This document shows positions 52,186-64,000 of a stretch of 64,000 bases of DNA, piece after piece; positions within the stretch are counted from its first letter, which is position 1; the number at the start of each line of letters is the position of its first letter. The stretch spans positions 6,448,001 through 6,512,000 of the forward strand of contig OX597843.1 of assembly GCA_951406725.2 (NCBI GenBank), given 5' to 3'. The notes beneath the pieces are model-generated. The model was not told the origin of the DNA. It made no database searches and saw nothing but the letters and a program-made list of their open reading frames with translations. The position numbers and the translations under genes are program-made. Source of the stretch: Octopus vulgaris. Taxonomy: Eukaryota.

Positions 52186-52804
52186 TAGCAGTATCGCCCG
52201 GCGTTGCTCAGGTTTGTTTCGACACTTTAGAATTGGAATTTTTGAAGAGTAAAAATTTTGCATTATGTAGCTTGTTATTCTCTTTAACCCTTTCGGTACT
52301 GTATTTCTGTTGAGATGCTCTGTGTTTCTTTCAATTAATTTTAAATATAACAAAGAATTTAGTAAAACAACTTAGTTATCATTCAGCTAGTGTTAGGAAC
52401 ATAAATTGTGACTAAGGTTTGGTGGAAGATTTTAATTCAAAACTTATGAAAACAAGACATTTGTACTACAGAGCCAGAGCCGGTTTCAGCCGGGTTGGTA
52501 ACGAAAGGGTTAAAGTGAACATTTTTCTGGTTGAAATACACCGAGAAATGGTGACACAGCAGTCAAAAAATCGTTAAAAATATAGGGATTTTCATAGGAA
52601 AAAAGCACCTTTTTCATGTAAATAATTTATGGTGTTAACATTATCTGATTTGAATTTTTTCTTCTATGGAAGGAAGAGCAAGCCTTCTTCTATCATACTC
52701 TCAATTTTGGTCAACTTGCGCCACAGGGTCTTGGAGCAGATAGTGTTAGTTGAAGGCTACCAAACCTGCCATACACAGACAACTTCAGCTTTATATAGAG
52801 AGAG
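52185..52804 (-). mobile_element. Helitron-like sister family, interrupted by a TTAA MITE
   Basis: Reverse-strand terminus ctagcagtatcgcccggcgttgctc and related opposite end, different interior. Confidence 0.65.
52288..52509. mobile_element. piggyBac-type MITE, same family, opposite orientation
   Basis: TTAA|CCCTTTCG...CGAAAGGG|TTAA. Confidence 0.8.
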
Positions 52805-53622
52805 ATTAAGTACCAGTGACACAATGGGGGTTGATGTAATCAACATCCTGCTCTTCTAAATTTCAGGCTTTGTGCTTATCATAGAAAAAAGAATTATTGA
52901 GCTGGCAGAATCGTTAGCACACCAGGTGAAATGATTAGAGGTATTTCGTCTGTCTTTACGTTCTGAGTTCAAATTCCACCAAGGTCGACTTTGCCTTTCA
53001 TCCTTTTGGGGTCAAAAAAATAAGTACCAGTTAAACATTGGGGTCAATGTAATTGACTAGTCTCTTCCCCTTAAATTTCAGGCCTTATACCTATAGTAGA
53101 AAGGATTATTATTATTATTATTATTATCATTATTATTATCATCTACTAAGGTGGGCTGGTAGAATCATTAGAGCAGAGGAAGAATTTGTGGTATTTATTC
53201 CAGTTCTTTATGTTCTGAGTTCTAATCCCAGCAGGGTTGACTTTGCTGTTTTATCCTCTTGGGGTCGATAAAACAAAGTACACGTCAAGTTCTGGGATTG
53301 ATGGTACAGACAAACCCCCTCCCCTCAAATTTACGTGCTTTGTGCCAAAATCAGAAAGAACTATCGCTATTGTTGTTATTGCTATTATTATTATTATTAG
53401 TGTTATTATTTAAGGTAACGAGCCGGCAGAATCGTTAGCACACCGGGCAAAACGCTTGGCGGTATTTCGCCTGTCGCTACATTCTGAGTTCAAATATTGC
53501 CGAGGGTGAGCTTGTCTTTCATCCTTTTGATGGGGGTGGGGGGTCGATAAATTAAGTAAAAATTAATTATAAATTAAAGAAAAAATTAAGCAAAAATTTG
53601 AAATAAATCATTACTAGCACTA

Positions 53623-54979
53623 GCGCAGGAGTGGCTGTGTGGTAAGTAGCTTGCTTACCAACCACATGGTTCCGGGTTCAGTCCCACTGCGTGGCACCAT
53701 GGGCAAGTGTCTTCTTCAATAGCCTCGGGCTGACCAATGCCTTGTGAGTGGATTTGGTAGACGGAAACTGAAAGAAGCCCGTCGTACATATGTATATATA
53801 TATATATATATATCTATATATGCGTGTGTGTGTTTGTGTGTGTGTGTTTGTCCCCCTAGCATTGCTTGACAACCGATGCTGGTGTGTTTACGTCCCCATT
53901 ACTTAGCGGTTCGGCAAAAGAGATCGATAGAATAAGTCCCGGGCTTACAAAAAGAATAAGTCCTGGGGTCGAGTTGCTCGACTAAAGGCGGTGCTCCAGC
54001 ATGGCCGCAGTCAAATGACTGAAACAAGTAAAAGAATAAAAGAAAACTATGACCCGGTGTTACCGGATCTTGTGCTATTGCTTGTTGTCCATTGCCGGGT
54101 CGCAGTAAAAATTTCTTACTAAATCAAGAGCTAAGTTTCTTATCACATCTCAACACATGGCTATGATGCTCCACCACCACTTCTGCTCGTGGTCAGAGAT
54201 GCACATATCTATTTCTTTACTACCCACAAGGGGCTAAACAAGGACAGACAAACAGATTAAGTCGATTACATCGACCCCAGTCCGTACCGTAACTGGTACT
54301 TAATTTATCGACCCCGAAAGGATGAAAGGCAAAGTCGACCTCGGCGGAATTTGAACTCGGAACGTAACAACAGACGAAATACGGCTACGCAGTTTGCCCG
54401 GCGTGCTAACGTTTCTGCCAGCTTGCCCTCTTCAGAGATGCACACATCGTCAGCCACCAAGGGACATGCTCAACTGGTTAAGGTCAAACAACTGACAAGC
54501 AGATCTGTGGTATTGAGCAGAATATTTGCTGTAGCCCATCTTTTATACCAAGACAAAACAATGTACATGATAATAATAATTATTATTATTATACTCTCTT
54601 TACTTGTTTCAGTCATTTGACTGCGGCCATGCTGGAGCACCGCCTTTAATCGAGCAACTCGACCCTGGGACTTATTCTTTTTGTAAGCCCAGTACTTATT
54701 CTATCGGTCTCTTTTGCCGAACCGCTACGTGGCGGGGACATAAACACACCAGCATCGGTTGTCAAGCAATGCTAGGGGGACAAACACAGACACACAAACA
54801 CATACACACACATATATACATATATACGATGGGCTTCTTTTCAGTTTCCGTCTACCAAATCCACTCACAAGACTTTGGTCGGCCCGAGGCTATAGTAGAA
54901 TACACTTGCCCAAGGTGCCACGCAGTGAGACTGAACCCGGAACCATGTGGTTGTTTAGCAAGCTACTTACCACACAGCC
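53623..54979. mobile_element. Inverted pair of SINE A copies (53623-54045 +, 54594-54979 -) with a SINE B between them
   Basis: Direct sequence comparison. Confidence 0.85.
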
Positions 54980-55669
54980 ACCATTATTATTATTTAATGG
55001 AGTGAGCTGACAATCGTTAACAAGGCAAGCAAAAGGCTCATCAGCATTTTAAATCTTCCTTCATGCTCCGAGTTCAGATTTCATCAAGGTAGACTTTGCA
55101 ATTGATTCTCTCTAGAGGCGGGGCAGGGTGTCGCCAAAACAAGTACCAGTCACGTACTGGGGTCGATGTAATCGAATAGCCCCCCCCCCCCCACTCCCCT
55201 GCCCAGGCCTTGTGTGTATAGCAGAAAAAGGATTCATTCTTAGAGCTATGAGCTGGCAGAACGGTTGGCATGACAAGCAAAATTCCTTCACGGCCTTTTG
55301 CCTGTCGCTATCTTCTGAGTTCAAATTCTGCCAGGGGAGGAATGTGTATTTGCGTACATGCATATATGTATATATATATGTGTGTGTGTGTGTGTGTCTG
55401 TGTATCTATATATAGTGAGAGAAAGTGGGAGTGGTGGCGCTACATGTTAGTATATGATACATGCATGTATATATATGTCTGTGTGTACATATATATATGT
55501 ACATATGTGTGTGTGTATATAAATATATATATATGTATGTATATATATATATATATGTGTGTGTGTATATAAATATATATATATGTATGTATATATATAT
55601 ATATGTGTGTGTGTATATAAATATATATATATGTATGTGTGTATATAAATATATATATATGTATGTGTG

Positions 55670-55726
<57 letters not shown>

Positions 55727-55780
55727 GTATGTATGTATGTATATGTATACATATATACATATACACATATATTTATTGAT

Positions 55781-55830
<50 letters not shown>

Positions 55831-56537
55831 TGCTCCATATTGATATATAATACTCAGACACACAGACAAAGGAAGGGTGGGTGGGGTGCCAGGTAATATT
55901 TCAACTGAAATTGAGAATGGTAACAATGCCACAACAACTACATCAACAACATATTAAACCTCCCCCCTCACACACACACACACTCCACATGTGTATGTTA
56001 CAAACCTACACTCCTCCTCACATACACACGCACACATATGAACAGGGCCAGGGTACCTCACATACACACACACAAATATATATATATATATGAACAGGGC
56101 CAGGGTACCCTGCCACCCATACTGTCTAGGGAACAGCTGCTGACTGAAATAACAAAGTACTTGCCAAAGACAAAAGGGACCACCACCACCACCACCATCA
56201 CCACCACCGCTGCCGCCACCACCATCTTACCTTTTGTTCCCTCTGCATATAGACCCCCCCCTTCGCCACCCCAACCCCTGTTATTGCACTATCGCACCAT
56301 GGCCCTAAGGGTAAACAGCTTTGTTCAAACTGTCTACACATTCACCCCACACAGAAGAATAGGGACCACCACCACCACTGTCAATAGAGGTGCGTCTAGA
56401 ACTACAATACATTATTGGCGTTGGAAATTGAGACAGATGGTTGCGGCTGGCAAGTCTGATCACGTGTCTGTTGGATCAGGCCCGGCCCAGGGGGAGAAGA
56501 AAATAATACTATGAATAATAATAATAATACTGTATTT

Positions 56538-57150
56538 TCTTATTTCTCTATTGCCCACTAGGGGCTAAACATAGAGGGGACAAACAAGGACAAACGGATT
56601 AAGTCAATTATATCGACCCCAGTTCGTAACTGGTACTTATTTAATCGACCCCGAAAGGATGAAAGGCAAAGTCGACCTCGGCGAAATTTGAACTCAGAAC
56701 GTAAGCGGCAGACGAAATACCTATTTCTTTACTATCCACAAGGGGCTAGAGGACAAATAAGGACAGACAAAGGGATTAAGTCGATTATATCGACCCCAGT
56801 GCGTAACTGGTACTTAAGTTATCGACCCCGAAAGGATGAAAGGCAAAGTCGACCTTGGCGAAATTTGAACTCAGAACAAAGCGGCAGACGAAATACCTAT
56901 TTCTTTACTACCCACAAGGGGCTAAACACAGAGGGGACAAACAAGGACAGACAAACGGATTAAGTCGATTATATCGACCCCAGTGCGTAACTGGTACTTA
57001 ATTTATCGACCCCGAAAGGATGAAAGGCAAAGTCGACCTCAACGAAATTTGGACTCAGAACATAGTGGCAGACAAAATACCTATTTCTTTACTACCCACA
57101 AGGGGCTAAACATAGAGGGGGACAAACAAGGACAGACAAACGGATTAAGT
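56538..57150 (-). repeat. Second tandem array of SINE B units
   Basis: Three full units and one partial unit, ~180 bp period. Confidence 0.85.
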
Positions 57151-57319
57151 GCGGATGTGGCTGCCTGGTAAGAAGTTGACTTCTCAACCACAAGGTCCTG
57201 GGTTCAGTCTCACTGCATGAAACCCCAAATAAGGATCTTCTGCTATAGATCCCGGAAAACTAAGACCTTGTGTGTGGACTTGGTAGATGGAAACTGGAAA
57301 AAGCCAGCCATATGTATAG

Positions 57320-58670
57320 ATGACCTGGGGTCAAACAACAGCAACAACAACAAAGAAAGGCACATTAGATAATGTAGTCCTAGATACACTGTGTCTGAAC
57401 AGGAGACAAGATAGTCACAGCTGGAACATCTTTGATCATAGGTCTGATGGATCAGGACTGACCTGGGGCTAAACAACAAGAAGGACACATTAGATTATGT
57501 AGTCCTAGATACACAATGTCTGAATAAAAGACAGGATGGTCACAGCTGGAATATCTTTGATCATAGGTCTACTGGATCAGGACTGACCTGGGGCTAAACA
57601 ACAACAGCAACAGATTAAGACAAACAAATCATCGTTATCTCCTCACCATCACCACCACCACCATCATCATTGTATATATTGGAGGAGGGGGGATTGTGTT
57701 GGGGGTAATTAGGGGAACGAGTTGGAGCTTGTGGGGGGGGGGGGAGGTTTGACTGCAACATCAGCAGCAGGGTAAGGAAGCTGGGAGAAACGACTCCCTT
57801 GTTATGTCCACAGATAAGGATCTTAATGTGGCAGGGTGACACAGTTTGCTGTGCCTGAGGGCGGGATGGGTTGCAGGAGGAAATTTTTGCGGAAGCTGGA
57901 AAGATAAGGATAGGATATTTGCTAAAGTTACACACACACACACACTGAGTGAGTCAGCAGAGATGCCTCTATGGTGTCGCTTGGTCTACTAGAAATAGCA
58001 GCCAAATAACTCTTGAGTCATACCAAAGGGGAAAAGAGAATAACGCATAGGAGACTGTAGTTCTAGATAAGTAATGTCTGAATAAAAGACAGGGATGGTC
58101 ACAGCTGGAACATCTTTGATCATAGGTCTGTCTGGATCAGGACTAACCTGTGGTTAAACAACAACAAGGAAGGACACATTAAATAATGTAGTCCTAGATA
58201 CACTATGCCTGAATAAAAGACAGGATGGTCACAGCTGGAGCATCTTTGATCATAGGCCTGCTGGATCAGGACTGACCTTGGGCTAAACAACAAGAAGGAC
58301 ACATTAGATAATGTAGTCCTAGATACACAATGTTTGAATAAAAGACAGGGATGGTCACAGCTGGAACATCTTTGATGATAGATCTGTCTGGATCAGGACT
58401 GACCTTGGGCTAAACAACACGGAAGAACACATTAGATAACGTAGTCCTAGATACACAATGTCTGAATAAAAGACAGGGATGGTCACGGCTGGAACATCTT
58501 TGATCATAGGTCTGCTGTATCAGGACTGACCTTGGGCTAAACAGCAAGAAGAACACATTAGATAATGTAGTCCTAGATACACAATGTCTGAATCAAAAAC
58601 GGGATGGTCACAGCTGGAACATCTTTGATCATAGGTCTGTCTGGATCAGGACTGACCTGGGGCTAAACTA
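57320..58670 (+). repeat. Same ~120-bp satellite, two arrays (57320-57610, 58060-58670)
   Basis: Direct unit match. Confidence 0.9.
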
Positions 58671-59783
58671 TATAAAAGCACACACATAAATCATGACAGA
58701 CGGGAATCGTCCCTTGTGGGTGCGTCACAAAATGTCTGTCTTCCATATTGAATAGTCTGGCAGAATCTGAAAAGCTGGGAGACCCCCGTCAAGCCCCAAT
58801 GTCACATTTGGCATGTTTCCTGCAGCTGGATGCCCTTCGTAATGCTTAATCTCTTTACAGAATGCAATGGGTTGTTTTGGGTTTTTTTTTTCCATGCCAC
58901 CAACACTGGTGAGGTGGTCATGGAATTTGAAGACTGAAAAAAGAATGGAGAAAAGCAAAAAGAAAAACTCCCTCAACTAAGAGGTGGGGGGAACTCACGG
59001 AAAGAGACCCCGAAAGGATGAAAGGCAAAGCCGACCTGAGAGGAATTTGAACTCAGAATGTAACAACAGAAGAAATTGTTTGTTCCTTCTTGAGCCATGC
59101 CTGGCTCATAAGGGCCAGTTTCCTGGTTCCTTGGTGTATAGATTGCCCACCTGGATGGGACACCGGTCCATCGCAGGTGAGCTGCAAGATGCAGGAGAAA
59201 CTATTTACGAGGGCAAAGTGAAGGGAGGTGGCTGTATGTCAGGTGTTGAAAGGCTAAAGTATGACAGGGGGACAAATACTATAGGTGTCTTACTATAGAG
59301 AAGTAGTGACAAGGGGCAGGAGCAAACTCTTAAAGAACAAGAAGGTGAGCATAAGGGAGGAGATGGATGGTGTCTTGCTATGCAGGGGATTCATGGCTGA
59401 AGGAGATAAGAGGGAGATGGTGATGGGGAGCTGGAGTAAACCCTGAAGGAACAAGGAGAGCATAAGGGAGGACACAGACAGTGGGTCGTGCGAGGGGATG
59501 AGACAGTGGATGCTTTCGTAAGAGGGTGAGGTGGGGAGTGAACGGGTGGCGGGAGAGGTTGAGGTAGTGAGACGAACAAGGGTGGGGATACGGATGATGA
59601 GAAATACCAGTAGGGAGAGGGGTAAGGTGGGAGACATAGGGGTGGATCAGGAAAGAAAGTCAGAAGCTAATGGGATGATGTGCAAGATGTTGGAGCAGGG
59701 ATGCATAAGGGGCCATAATGATAAATGAGGGGGTATTGAGAATGATAGCAGAGAGTTAAGATTATTATTATTATTATAAATAC

Positions 59784-60402
59784 CTTTTGCCAGCAACGGC
59801 GCCATCGTTTTTACCAAGTTTATCATCCAATTCAACTCCGGCCCAGTCACCTTTGGCAAAATCTGTGGCACCAATGTATCGTAGAGTCCCTGGTTTTGTG
59901 CCGCTGACCAACACCCGGTCACCAGTCTTAAGCATGTATTTCGGAGACAGTCCGTCTTTTGAGAGGGTCATCGAGGAGGTCGTGGGGGAAATCTTGTTGA
60001 GGCTGGACGTCGAGGCTGAGGAGCCTCGGCTCCCAGCGAGACCACTCTTCGGTGTCATGCTCCGATTTCCAACTGCTAACCCACCAATCGGGGTTCCGTT
60101 TGCGGAGGTAGCAATGCTGCTGCCGGCAGCCTCCGGTTTGGGAGTCTGTGGAGTCCGGGAGAGTTTGGAGATCCGAGCGAAAACGCCGAATTTCGGTTCA
60201 CACTGGAAGTAGCGCACCCCGCTGACGGAGCCATCGTTTTTACCAAGCATCTCGTCCAGTATAACGCCAGCCCATTCACCAGGAGCAAAACTCGTCTCGC
60301 CTAAGAATGCGATCACACCTGGCTTGTTGCCGCTCACCCAAACGCGGTCACCAATGATAAAGTCGTCCACGGGGGGTGTCGGACTCATCTGGGGATCTGG
60401 AC
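59784..60402 (-). CDS. CLIP1: CLIP-170/CLIP-190-like linker protein, exon A (CAP-Gly 1, linker, most of CAP-Gly 2)
   Basis: Encodes IGDRVWVSG..GETSFAPGEWAGVILDEMLGKNDGSVSGVRYFQC..FGVF and a second GDWAGVELDDKLGKNDGAVAGK. Acceptor cctttcag (phase 1), donor AG|GTATTT (phase 2). Confidence 0.95.
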
Positions 60403-61148
60403 CTGAAAGGAGAGAAAGGAGATATTAGAATTAACAATGTGGAGAGAAAGGAGAGGTGGATTAACAATGTGGAGAGAAAGAAGAGGGGGATTTACAATGT
60501 GGAGAGAAAGAGAGACAGAAAGAAGAGAGGAAAGAGAAATTGGAGAGAGACACAGGGGGAGGGGGGAAGAATGAGGCAAGCGAGAGAGAAAGAGATGGAT
60601 GGAGAGACAGAGAGGAGGTATGGCATCTTGGGCAAGTGTCTTCTACTACAGCCTCAGGCCGACCAAAGCCTTGTGTGTGGATTTGGTAGATGGAAACTGA
60701 AAGAAGCCCATCGTATATATATATATGTATATGTTTGTGTAACTGCTTGACAACCGATGCTGGTGTGTTTACGTTCCCATCACTTAGCAGTTCAGCAAGA
60801 GAGACTGATAGAATAAGTAGCAGGCTTATAAAGAATAAGTCCTGGAGGTTGATGTGCTTGACTAAAGGCGGTGCTCCAGCATGGCCGCAGTCATATGACT
60901 GAAACAAATAAAAGAACAACTCTGCCAGACACCTCATTGAAGATGATGATGATGATGATGATAGGCGAAACAAAGACAACTTAATTAAATCGGAAGAAAC
61001 CACTCAACCGATGACCGTTAATTCACTGCGTTCGGAATTAAACATTTTGTAGCAATCATTTTTCATAAACGATTAGTCATTAATCGCAATGTTTTCACAA
61101 TTGGCAAAACTGGCAAAACTGGAAGGGCAGGTTTTTATTTTTTCAATT

Positions 61149-61192
<44 letters not shown>

Positions 61193-61899
61193 AAAACATG
61201 GGGAGAAGTTTTTGGATATGGACCAAATATTAGTAGTGTGGGTGTGTGTGTGCTGTGTGTGCGTGTATGTGTGTGTGTGTGTGTGTGTTGTGTGTGTGTG
61301 TGTGTGTGCTGTGTTGTGTGTGCGTGTGGGTATGTGTGTGTGTTGTTGGCCGTGTTGTATGCGTGCATGTTGCTGGTTGTGTTGTGTGTGTGTTTGTTGT
61401 GTACATATGAATGCACACATGCATGTGTGTGTGTGTGAGAGAGATGGCACACACAATTGAGTGCACATGTGTGTGTTTATGCTTTGGTTGTATACGCATG
61501 TGTACGCGTATGTTGCTGATTATGTGTGTGTGTGTGAGTGGTTTGTGTATGTATGTACATTGCTAGTTGTGCATGTGTGTGTATGTACGTGTTACTAGTG
61601 TGTGTGTGTGTAACTAGTTGTGTATGCGTTTATACATGTGTGTGCTACTAGTTATGTGTGTGTGTGTGTGTATGTATGTATGTGTTACTAGTTGTGAATG
61701 TGTGTGTATGTTTGCATGCATATGTTACTGGTTTGTGTATATATATGTGTTACTAATAGCACATGTGTGTGTGTGTGCGTGTTGTTGGCCGTGTTGTATG
61801 TGTATGTGTTACTAGTTGTAAATGTGTATGTTTGTATGTATATGTTACTGGTTTGTGTATATATGTGTGTTACTAACAGCACGTGTGTGTGTGTTTGTG

Positions 61900-61954
<55 letters not shown>

Positions 61955-62176
61955 GGTGGTGTTATTTTCAATATGTCAAACTCCACCAATCTGACATTTC
62001 ACAGTTTGTGAGGTTCTTTGCATTTATTTTCTCTTCTCGTTATTTTTCTATCCCAATTAGTGAAATTCCTGCTCTTACTTACACAATTCATTACTGGACA
62101 TTATCACAATGTTTTCCACCATCTGACTCATTCTTACGGGTCAATAAGGTAGAAAAACAAAACACTTAACATTATA

Positions 62177-63900
62177 GGTGCAAGAGTGGCTGTGTGGTAA
62201 GTAGCTTGCTTACCAACCACATGGTTCCGGGTTCAGTCCCACTGCGTGGCACGTTGGGCAAGTGTCTTCTACTATAGCCTCAGGCCAACCAAAGCCTTGT
62301 GAGTGGATTTGGTAGACAGAAACTGAAAGAAGCCCGTCGTATATATGTATATATGCATGTGTCTGTTTGTCTTTGTATGTATGTGTGTCTGTTTGTCCTC
62401 CTAGCATTGCTTGACAACCGATGCTGGTGTGTTTATGTCCCCATCACTTAGCGGTTCGGCAAAAGAGACCGATAGAATAAGTACTGGGCTTACAAAAGAA
62501 TAAGTCCCGGGGTCGAGTTGCTTGATTAAAGGCGGTGCTCCAGCATGGCCACAGTCAAATGACTGAAACAAGTAAAAGAGTAAAAGAGTTATCAAAGCCA
62601 CGATTTACTTTCAAAGAAGGTGAACTGGCAGAATCTCGTTAACACGCCAGGTAAAATGCATAGTGGCATTTCAACTGTTTAGGTTTGAGTTCAAATTCTG
62701 CTGGGGTTGACTTTGATAACAACAAACAACGTGATGAGACCCATCCATCCATTGTAAATAATGTGCAGAATCCTCATCTCAAAAATATTGTGTAATCGCC
62801 GTAATCATTATTTAACGTCTGTTTTCCGTGCTAGCAAGGGTTGGACGGTTCTACCGGGGTCTGGGAAGCCAGGAGGCTGCACCAGGCTCCAGTCTGATCT
62901 GGTAGTGTTTCTACAGCTGGATGCCCTTCCTAATGCCAACCACTCCGTGAGTGTAGTGGGTGCTTTTTACATGCCACCGGCACAGAAGCCAGTCAAGGCA
63001 GTGATGGCATTGGCCAAGTTCAGATGATGCTTTTTACGTGCCACCGGCACAGGTATCACAATTACAATTTCCATTTGATTTTTTGATGTTGATGTACTTG
63101 ACTCAATAGGTCTCCTCAAGCACGACAGTACACCCTAAGGGCATCCAGCCATAGGAAGCAAGCCAAACCAGACTGGAACCTGATGCAGCTCTCTGGCTTA
63201 TCAGCTCTGGTCAAGCTGTCCAGCCCAGGCCAGTATAGAAAATGGACATGATCATGATTTACCAGTAAGCTACCAAGAACAAACCATTCATTTTATTACA
63301 CACACACACACACACACCATGAGCTTCCACGTAGTTTCCGTCCACCAAATTCTCTCACAAAGCATTGGTTGGCCCAAAGCTATTGTGGAAGACTCTTGCC
63401 GAAAGTACCACACAATGGGACTGAACCCTAAACCATGTGGTCTGTGGTCACAGAGCAAGCTTCTTAACCACTCAGCCAACATGCAATTATACCCCCTACC
63501 CTTTTACTTCTTTCAGTCATTTGACTGCGGCCATGCTGGAGCACCGCCTTTATAGTTGGGCGAATCAACCCCAGAGCTTATTCTCTGTAAGCCTAGTACT
63601 TATTCTATTAGTCTCTTTTTGCCGAACCGCTAAGTTACGGGGATGTAAACACACTAGCATCGGTTGTCAAGCAATGAGGAGGGGGGGGGGGTAAACAGAC
63701 GCACAAACACATATATATATACACATACATATATACGATGGGCTTCTTTCAGTTTCCGTCTACCAAATCCACTCACAAGGCCTTGGTCGGCCCGAGGCTA
63801 TAGCAGAAGACACTTGCCCAAGGTGCCACACAGAGGGAATGAACCCGGGACCATGTGGTTGGTAAGCAAGCTACTTACCACACAGCCACTCCTGTGCCTA
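62177..63900. mobile_element. Inverted pair of SINE A copies (62177-62589 +, 63501-63900 -)
   Basis: Direct sequence comparison. Confidence 0.85.
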
Positions 63901-64000
63901 TTTTAATATTCTTTTTTAAATATTTCTTAAAGATTTCCTCTAAATCCCTTATATAGTTATTTGAATCATTGCCTAGAATTTAATCCCCCTTCAAAAGGAT

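Noticed and set aside
59787-60212. 141-aa plus-strand ORF
   Set aside because: Antisense shadow of exon A.
60386-60388. ATG of ORF 59774-60388 as the true start codon
   Set aside because: It lies 14 nt inside an exon with a strong acceptor and an open upstream frame, so the real start is probably in an upstream exon not found in this window.

Overview
Repeat-rich eukaryotic DNA. The SINE families and (TA)n/(CA)n density suggest an octopus or other coleoid cephalopod (inference). The window lies inside one minus-strand gene for a CLIP-170/CLIP-190-type CAP-Gly microtubule plus-end linker. I traced 12 phase-compatible coding exons between 60402 and 4692 (about 598 codons: two GKNDG CAP-Gly domains, a Ser-rich linker, coiled coil), plus a likely 33-nt cassette exon. 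The start codon is probably upstream of the window, and the full-length C-terminus is probably downstream. The introns hold tRNA-derived SINEs, Helitron-like elements, piggyBac/hAT/Tc1-mariner-type MITEs, LINE remnants, minisatellites and Penelope-like fragments in (TA)n. Nearly all ORFs in the supplied track are microsatellite or SINE artefacts. Most notable: (1) a ~96%-identical inverted copy of coding exon 35709-35861 at 40204-40323, differing only at synonymous sites, which could form an intramolecular exon:intron duplex (ADAR or splicing control); (2) hammerhead-ribozyme folds on the transcribed strand at 13826-13924 and 28753-28842; (3) several candidate short alternative terminal or poison exons. 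All calls were read by eye; repeat boundaries are approximate.
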